Origin: an uncultured archaeon
Lineage (GTDB): Archaea > EX4484-52 > JAADEF01
Reading direction: 5' to 3'
Length of the DNA: 43,751 nt
Assembly: GCA_964407715.1 (NCBI GenBank)
Contig: CAYOWP010000008.1
Coordinates: 7,161 to 50,911 of the forward strand
The notes under the pieces were generated by a model that was given only the letters and a program-made list of their open reading frames with translations, was not told where the DNA came from and made no database searches. How positions within the stretch are numbered: the stretch's first letter is position 1; every line of letters begins with the position of its first letter. The position numbers and the translations under genes are program-made. Shown piece after piece: positions 37,777 to 43,751 of this stretch.

Positions 37777-39387
37777 ATGAGCGAGTTTTTTAGATATGAT
37801 GATCCGCATGCTCTTTATTCGTTATGTAAAAGTGTTGTGAAGATATATGAGGATCATAAATTTTTAGATTATTCTTTCTCCCACTCAATTGAAAATTATA
37901 TGATAAAGAAGATTAAAAATAATAGAGCATACTATTCTAAGGAGTTTGAAGAATTTCTAAAAGAAGATGCCTTATACAATTTTCTTGAAAAATATGTTGA
38001 TAAGGCTAAGAAAGAGTATAGAAGAGCATTAAAGAAATTTAAAAAGGAATATAAGAAGGCATTATTCTTTAATAAGGTTAATGAGAACCTCTATAAATTC
38101 TTTGATGATAAAATTGATATAGAAAAGAGATACACGAAAGTATTAAACATAGCCAAGCAATGGTATATGTTTGCTGAGCCTTTCATTGGAGATGAGAATA
38201 AAATAAGGGAAGAGATTTCTCTTCTTATAAAAAAACTTTTGTATCTTATTGACAAAAGATATGTATATAAAGAAATAGAAAAAGAAAAAAGGGAGAGATT
38301 GTTTTTCTATTTATTGGGAATAAGGGGAGAGGAAAAAAGAGAGAAATTTAAAAGCATATATAATAAGTTATATAAAAGATATGAGATGTGCAAACCAGAA
38401 AATTTACCTGAAAGGAAGATTGAGGTAATAGAGTATCTCTTAGATGTTTATAAAAAAGAGATTCTTCCAGCATATGGTGTTCCAAAGAAAAAGATTGAAA
38501 AAATAACCTCTTTATCAGAGCTTATTGCAAGAGTACAAAAAGAAAAGATGAAAAGAGAAAAAAAGGTAAAAACTCTTATAGAGAATATTCTAAATAAATT
38601 TCAAGAGAATGAAAAATTAGTTGAGGAATACGTCATAGAAATTGTTGACGGAAAAATAATACCTATTCATCTTAAAAGATTTATGAAGACACTATCACCC
38701 AGCAAAGAATATTATGAAAAGATATTTTCCAAATTTAAAAGTGAATCTGGCAAGATACCACTTTCAACACCAATAGGAATAACGATAGCTTATCAGGAAT
38801 TATCCAGAAAACCACATAAATATAAAGAAACAAAAAAAGAAAGAGAGGAATTATTTTTTTATCTCTTAGGAATGAGAGAAAAAGAGAAGATAGAAAAATT
38901 CAAGAAAACATATACTAAGTGGAGTAAGAGATATAAAAAATGTATCCTTAAAAATTTACCTAAAAGAAAGATTGAGGTAATAGAGTATTTATTAGATGTT
39001 TATAAAAAAGAAATACTTCCGGCATATAACATTCCAGAAGAAAAAATTGAAGAAATAACATCTTTATCAGAGCTTTTAGCAAGGATATATAAGGAAAAGA
39101 TGGAAAGAGAAAAGAAAACAAGATTATATATAGAGAAACTCCAAAATAAATTAAAGAATGATGAAGAACTAAAAGAGAAATATATTTTTGAAGATGCTGA
39201 TGGTGAAAAAATACCTATTAGCTCCTCAATATTTGTTGAAACATTATCGCGAAGTAAAAAGCACTATGAAAAGGTATTTTCAGAATTAAGAAATAAGTTG
39301 GGTAAGATTCCTTTATCAACACCAATAAGCATAGTACAAATTTATGAGAGATTACCTAAAAGAAAGAGATTTAAACAATATAAATAA
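37777..39387 (+). CDS. Hypothetical K/E-rich helical protein with a tandem 184-aa duplication
   Basis: LFFYLLG...KIEVIEYLLDVYKKEILPAY...GKIPLSTPI occurs twice with 552-bp period (about 38281 and 38833). Confidence 0.8.
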   Translation: MSEFFRYDDPHALYSLCKSVVKIYEDHKFLDYSFSHSIENYMIKKIKNNRAYYSKEFEEFLKEDALYNFLEKYVDKAKKEYRRALKKFKKEYKKALFFNKVNENLYKFFDDKIDIEKRYTKVLNIAKQWYMFAEPFIGDENKIREEISLLIKKLLYLIDKRYVYKEIEKEKRERLFFYLLGIRGEEKREKFKSIYNKLYKRYEMCKPENLPERKIEVIEYLLDVYKKEILPAYGVPKKKIEKITSLSELIARVQKEKMKREKKVKTLIENILNKFQENEKLVEEYVIEIVDGKIIPIHLKRFMKTLSPSKEYYEKIFSKFKSESGKIPLSTPIGITIAYQELSRKPHKYKETKKEREELFFYLLGMREKEKIEKFKKTYTKWSKRYKKCILKNLPKRKIEVIEYLLDVYKKEILPAYNIPEEKIEEITSLSELLARIYKEKMEREKKTRLYIEKLQNKLKNDEELKEKYIFEDADGEKIPISSSIFVETLSRSKKHYEKVFSELRNKLGKIPLSTPISIVQIYERLPKRKRFKQYK

Positions 39388-39398
39388 ACTTTTATAAA
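39385..39398 (+). promoter_or_regulatory. Putative BRE/TATA box of debranching enzyme gene
   Basis: TAAACTTTTATAAA, with TTTATAAA 24-31 bp upstream of ATG 39422. Confidence 0.55.
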
Positions 39399-39421
39399 CA
39401 GAGAAGATACTTTATTCATAT

Positions 39422-40672
39422 ATGGCTCCAAATCAACCTATAAAGATTAGGGATTTTAATGAGATTCCATCTGATTTTTTTGAGAAAAATGCCAACATCA
39501 TTCTTGATCTTTTTGAGAAGGCATGTGATATGTTTATCTTTAAATTCGATGGAGAAGTAGGTATTTTAGCATCAAGTATGGACTGGTTTATGGAGGAATG
39601 GGGGAGGGATACATTTATTTCATTACCAGGATTACTTCTGAGCAGATGGAGATATGAGGATGCTAAGAAAATCATTTTAAGATGGGCAAGATATGAAAGG
39701 AAAGGATTGATACCTACAACAATAAAAAATAATATTTCGTATTATTTGGATGCTGATTCCTCTTTATGGTTCATAAGAGCATTAAAAAAATACTTTGAAT
39801 ATACCAAGGATATTGAGATTCTTCATGAGGTGAAGTACATCGTAAAGGATATCTTGTATGGCTATATTTATGGAACATCTTATAGAGATGGAGAAAAAAT
39901 AAAGCATATTTATATGGATGATGATTTTCTCATTGTGACACCTGAGAGAGCCACATGGATGGATGCATCTGCTTTAGGAGCACTTCCGCCAATAACACCA
40001 CGAAATGGCAAGGCGATAGAGATAAATGCGTTATTTTATGATGCTCTCTTATTTGCTATCCAGATTGAAAAAATAACCTCATATGAGTTTCACATAGATT
40101 TGGAATATTATGTTAGAGGTATAAGAAATGCATTTTTGAAGAGGTTTTGGGATAAGGAAAGAGGAATATTTCGTGATGTGATAGATGGAGATCCGAAAGG
40201 TAATGCTTTTAGACCAAATCAATTGTTTGCATTATATAGCGAGAAACTTATACCTTTGGACATAGCAAATATTGCGTTTTGCAATATAGAGAAGGCTTTG
40301 CTTACTCCTGGAGGAATAAGAACCCTTTCTCCTGATGATCCAGATTATCATGGTAAATATGATACCTATGCTCCTATAGAGATTAAGGATCTCGCATATC
40401 ATAATGGAACTGCATGGCCATGGTTGATGGGAATATTTTGTGATGTTTACTTTAAAATCAAAAGTGAAGAAAAGAATGAAGAGGAGATTAAAAATAGGAT
40501 GAGATATTATGTGGCACCACTAATCAATTTTTTAATAGAGAGTCCTTATCATTCACTTCCAGAATTATTTTCTGGAGATCCTCCTCATGATCCAGGTGGT
40601 ACGAGATCACAGGCATGGAGTGTTGGCGAGATATATAGAATTATAAAGGAATACAAGCTTTTGAATAAATAG
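39422..40672 (+). CDS. Amylo-alpha-1,6-glucosidase (glycogen debranching enzyme C-terminal catalytic domain)
   Basis: WGRDTFISLPGL, DSSLWF, TWMDA, TPRNGKAIEINAL, RPNQ, GIRTLSP, YHNGTAWPWL, SQAWS. Confidence 0.92.
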   Translation: MAPNQPIKIRDFNEIPSDFFEKNANIILDLFEKACDMFIFKFDGEVGILASSMDWFMEEWGRDTFISLPGLLLSRWRYEDAKKIILRWARYERKGLIPTTIKNNISYYLDADSSLWFIRALKKYFEYTKDIEILHEVKYIVKDILYGYIYGTSYRDGEKIKHIYMDDDFLIVTPERATWMDASALGALPPITPRNGKAIEINALFYDALLFAIQIEKITSYEFHIDLEYYVRGIRNAFLKRFWDKERGIFRDVIDGDPKGNAFRPNQLFALYSEKLIPLDIANIAFCNIEKALLTPGGIRTLSPDDPDYHGKYDTYAPIEIKDLAYHNGTAWPWLMGIFCDVYFKIKSEEKNEEEIKNRMRYYVAPLINFLIESPYHSLPELFSGDPPHDPGGTRSQAWSVGEIYRIIKEYKLLNK

Positions 40673-40782
40673 AAACCCAAAATTTTATATGTGAGAAGAG
40701 ACATATAAAATTTATGAAAACTAAAATATAAATAGATTTAATTTTTATAATTTTATTTAATAGAACATATGGGAGGGCTTTT

Positions 40783-41952
40783 ATGAAAATACTCATGCTA
40801 TCATGGGAGTTTCCTCCAAAGATAATTGGAGGGTTAGGGGTAGTGGTTTATGACCTCTCAAAGGCTCTCCTAAGAAAGAACATAGAAGTGAACATCGTTC
40901 TGCCTTTCAATCCAAAAAATAATGAGGAAATCTTTCGCAATAGGATTGTTTCCTTATCAGAGGATATGGAGTTTAATTTTGGAGTGTATGATTCAATAAG
41001 GTTTATAGGTGAGTCTATCAAAGGAGAGGATTTTATAAAAAGTATTGAAAAATACACGCAGAGATGCGTAGAAATTTGTAGATATATGGACTTTGATATA
41101 ATTCATGCTCATGATTGGCTAACTTATAATGCAGCAATGAAGTTAAAGGAAATAACTGGTAAGCCATTTATTGCACATGTTCATTCTACAGAGTTTGATA
41201 GAGCAGGAGGAGGATGTGGAAATCCTTTGGTTCATGATATTGAATATCGCGGCCTTAAAGCTGCGGATAAGATTATTGCGGTGAGCGGATTGGTTAAGAG
41301 ATGGATAGTTGAAAAATATGGAATAGATGAGAATAAAATAGAGGTTGTACATAATGCTATAGAGATAAATCCAGCTATATATATGAATGGTACTGGAAAT
41401 CCACAACCTAAAAAAGGAAAGTTGGTGTTATATGTTGGGAGATTATCATGGATGAAAGGTGTTGATTATTTCTTGAGGGTTGCTAAAAAAGTTTTAGAAA
41501 AGGAGGATGCTTATTTTGTGATAATAGGGACAGGAGAGCTTTTACCACAATTAATAGAGGAGGCATGTAATTTGGGGATAGCGGATAGAGTATTATTTAC
41601 AGGGTTTGTTGATAGGGAGAGAATTATTAATGAGTATTATAAGATTGCTGATGTTTTGGTTATTCCTTCGAGATCCGAGCCTTTTGGGTTGATAGCATTG
41701 GAAGGTGCAATAAATGGCGTGCCTATTGTGATTTCAAAGCAAAGTGGAGTTTCAGAGGTGTTAAATCATACATTGAAGGTAGATTTTTGGGATGTGAATG
41801 AAATGGCTAATAAAATACTTGCTCTTTTGAGATATGAGCCATTAAAGAGGATGATAAGCAAGAATGTTGTGAGAGAGGTGGTGAGACTTACATGGGATAA
41901 GCAATCACAAAAGATAGTAAATATTTATAATGAAGTTATGAGAGGTAGATAA
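40783..41952 (+). CDS. GT-B (GT4-like) glycosyltransferase, probable glycogen synthase
   Basis: WEFPP..GGLG, HAHDWLT, HVHSTEFDR, GRL..KG, PSRSEPFG..ALE; flanked by debranching enzyme and GH57. Confidence 0.88.
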   Translation: MKILMLSWEFPPKIIGGLGVVVYDLSKALLRKNIEVNIVLPFNPKNNEEIFRNRIVSLSEDMEFNFGVYDSIRFIGESIKGEDFIKSIEKYTQRCVEICRYMDFDIIHAHDWLTYNAAMKLKEITGKPFIAHVHSTEFDRAGGGCGNPLVHDIEYRGLKAADKIIAVSGLVKRWIVEKYGIDENKIEVVHNAIEINPAIYMNGTGNPQPKKGKLVLYVGRLSWMKGVDYFLRVAKKVLEKEDAYFVIIGTGELLPQLIEEACNLGIADRVLFTGFVDRERIINEYYKIADVLVIPSRSEPFGLIALEGAINGVPIVISKQSGVSEVLNHTLKVDFWDVNEMANKILALLRYEPLKRMISKNVVREVVRLTWDKQSQKIVNIYNEVMRGR

Positions 41953-41954
41953 AG

Positions 41955-43439
41955 ATGGTATCCGTGATTCTTTATTTGCATGTTCATCAACCTTATAGGA
42001 TAGGAAAATTCTCCTTCTTTGACATAGGTACTGGAAAGAGTTATTGGAATGCTCAAAAGAATAAAGAAATCTTAGATAGAGTAGTAAAAAAGAGCTACTT
42101 GCCAACCACAAATCTATTGCTTTATTTGATAAAAGACACCGAGGGAAGGTTTAAGGTATCATTTAGCATAACAGGCATAGTTCTTGAACAGCTTAGCAAA
42201 TATCATCCAGAGGTAATTGATAATTTCAGAAAGATTGTTGATTTGGGAGGGGAAATAATAGACGAGACATATTATCATTCATTGGCTTTTTTATATTCAA
42301 AAAAGGAATTTCGAGAGCAAGTAAAACTTCATAGGGAGATAGTGGAGGATTTATTTGGATATTCTCCAAAAGTTTTTCGCAATACTGAGCTTGTATATTC
42401 AAATGATATTGCAAGAGAGGTAGAGAGGCTTGGATATAAGGGTATATTAGCAGAGGGTCATGAAAAGATATTGGGATGGAGATCTCCCGCGTTTATATAC
42501 AAGTCAAAGGATGGCAATCTAAAGGTTCTTTTGAGACATTATAGATTGAGCGATGATATCTCTTTTAGGTTTTCTTTGCATACATGGGAGGAATACCCGC
42601 TAACAGCAGATAAGTTTGCTAGTTGGGTTAATATCCATAATGGAAATGGAGAAGTGGTGAATCTTTTTATGGACTTTGAGACATTTGGAGAACATCAATG
42701 GCATGAAACAGGGATCTTTGATTTCTTGTTACATTTGCCACATGAGATATTAAAGCATCCGGATAATGAGTTCTTAACACCATATGAGGCTATTAAGAAG
42801 TATCCTTCAAGAGGGGAAATTGATGTTCCTTTTATTGTCTCTTGGGCAGATACAGAGAGAGATTTAACCGCATGGCTTGGTAACAGTATGCAACAATATG
42901 CTGCTCAGAGTGTTTATCAATTGGAGGAATATGTAAAGAAATTAAATGATCCCAAGATTCTTGAGGAATGGAGAAGATTGCAGATTTCTGATCACTTCTA
43001 TTTTATGTGTACAAAATGGTTTGCTGATGGTGATGTGCATAAGTATTTTAATCCTTATGATACTCCTTATGAGGCTTTTATAAATTATATGAATGTGGTT
43101 GAGGATTTGAAGCATAGAATATTTGAGTTGCTTAGTTATAAGTATGTAACACGCGAGATGGGACTTAAGTTTTTGGGAGATGTTGAAGTGGATCAGGAGT
43201 TTTATTCATGCAATGGCTCTATATTTAGGAATCTAAAAGATCTCTTGGAAGGTTTGAAGAAGATGAAGAAAAAGGATTTTGAGTATCATGTTAATTCCTT
43301 TAAGAATGATTTTGCAGAGTGGGTTGAGAAAAGCATAGGTGACAAGTTCCTTGCCCAAAAACTACGCGAATGTAAGGACAAGAAAACCATGATAAGAGCT
43401 GTATCTTCACGAATAAGAGAATTAAAGAAAATCATTTGA
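41955..43439 (+). CDS. Glycoside hydrolase family 57 (alpha-amylase-like) with C-terminal DUF5752-like domain
   Basis: HVHQP, ETYYHSL, FRNTEL, LSDDISFRF, DFETFGEH, SWAD.ERD, SDHFY; C-terminal FYSCNG...FEYHV...NDFAEWV. Confidence 0.92.
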   Translation: MVSVILYLHVHQPYRIGKFSFFDIGTGKSYWNAQKNKEILDRVVKKSYLPTTNLLLYLIKDTEGRFKVSFSITGIVLEQLSKYHPEVIDNFRKIVDLGGEIIDETYYHSLAFLYSKKEFREQVKLHREIVEDLFGYSPKVFRNTELVYSNDIAREVERLGYKGILAEGHEKILGWRSPAFIYKSKDGNLKVLLRHYRLSDDISFRFSLHTWEEYPLTADKFASWVNIHNGNGEVVNLFMDFETFGEHQWHETGIFDFLLHLPHEILKHPDNEFLTPYEAIKKYPSRGEIDVPFIVSWADTERDLTAWLGNSMQQYAAQSVYQLEEYVKKLNDPKILEEWRRLQISDHFYFMCTKWFADGDVHKYFNPYDTPYEAFINYMNVVEDLKHRIFELLSYKYVTREMGLKFLGDVEVDQEFYSCNGSIFRNLKDLLEGLKKMKKKDFEYHVNSFKNDFAEWVEKSIGDKFLAQKLRECKDKKTMIRAVSSRIRELKKII

Positions 43440-43450
43440 ATAGAACATTT

Positions 43451-43751
43451 TTCACGTTAACAAAGTAATAAAAATTGGTTAACGGGAAGAAATCGCTATC
43501 ACAAGCACATTGCAGCATGGTAACCCAAAAGAGGTTAGATGCTCTTTAATCGCTTGAAGAGGTTAGATGCTATAATATGCTATTGATAAGGTATTCCTCC
43601 ACTTAACCATTCTTTATTATTTTTTAAATTGGTTAAGGGGAGAACATCACCAATACAAAGGTCTTACAGCATGCTAACCCTTTGTGAAGGTTAGCTGCTC
43701 TCTAACCGTTTGGAGAGGTTAGCTGCTGTGATATGCTATTGATAAGGAATG
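43451..43751 (+). repeat. Tandem array 4 of palindromic elements (runs off window end)
   Basis: Right-end remnant TTCACGTTAAC at 43451-43461, full long copy 43476-43609, second long copy from 43630 to the window end. Confidence 0.93.

Overview
Low-GC archaeal chromosomal segment. aTrm56, pelota, Lhr, an Alu-containing SRP RNA and TATA-box promoters indicate an archaeon. The fermentative/glycogen gene set and giant surface protein are suggestive of a DPANN lineage (inference). It holds housekeeping and metabolic genes (D-2-hydroxyacid dehydrogenase, glmS, lhr, trm56, pelA, acdA, glucan phosphorylase, debranching enzyme, glycosyltransferase, GH57), tRNA-Ser(CGA), SRP RNA, and a three-gene surface-protein cluster centred on a 5197-aa DUF2341-rich protein. 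The most striking unexplained feature is a family of ~110-bp (or ~137-bp) imperfect-palindrome elements: TGGTTAACGGGAA...GCATGCTAACC-loop-GGTTAGCTGC...TTCCCGTTAACCA. There are about 20 full or partial copies at six intergenic loci, mostly as tandem arrays. All lie in the same chromosomal orientation, and every copy retaining the inner stem has a conserved bulged T, resembling an archaeal REP/BIME-like ssDNA-hairpin system. Other oddities: an SRP RNA lacking helix 6, a glucan phosphorylase whose PLP-binding Lys is Arg, an apparently perfect 834-bp duplication and a nested domain insertion in the giant gene, and a gene split by two -1 frameshifts. All family assignments are from motif recognition by eye; no searches were run.
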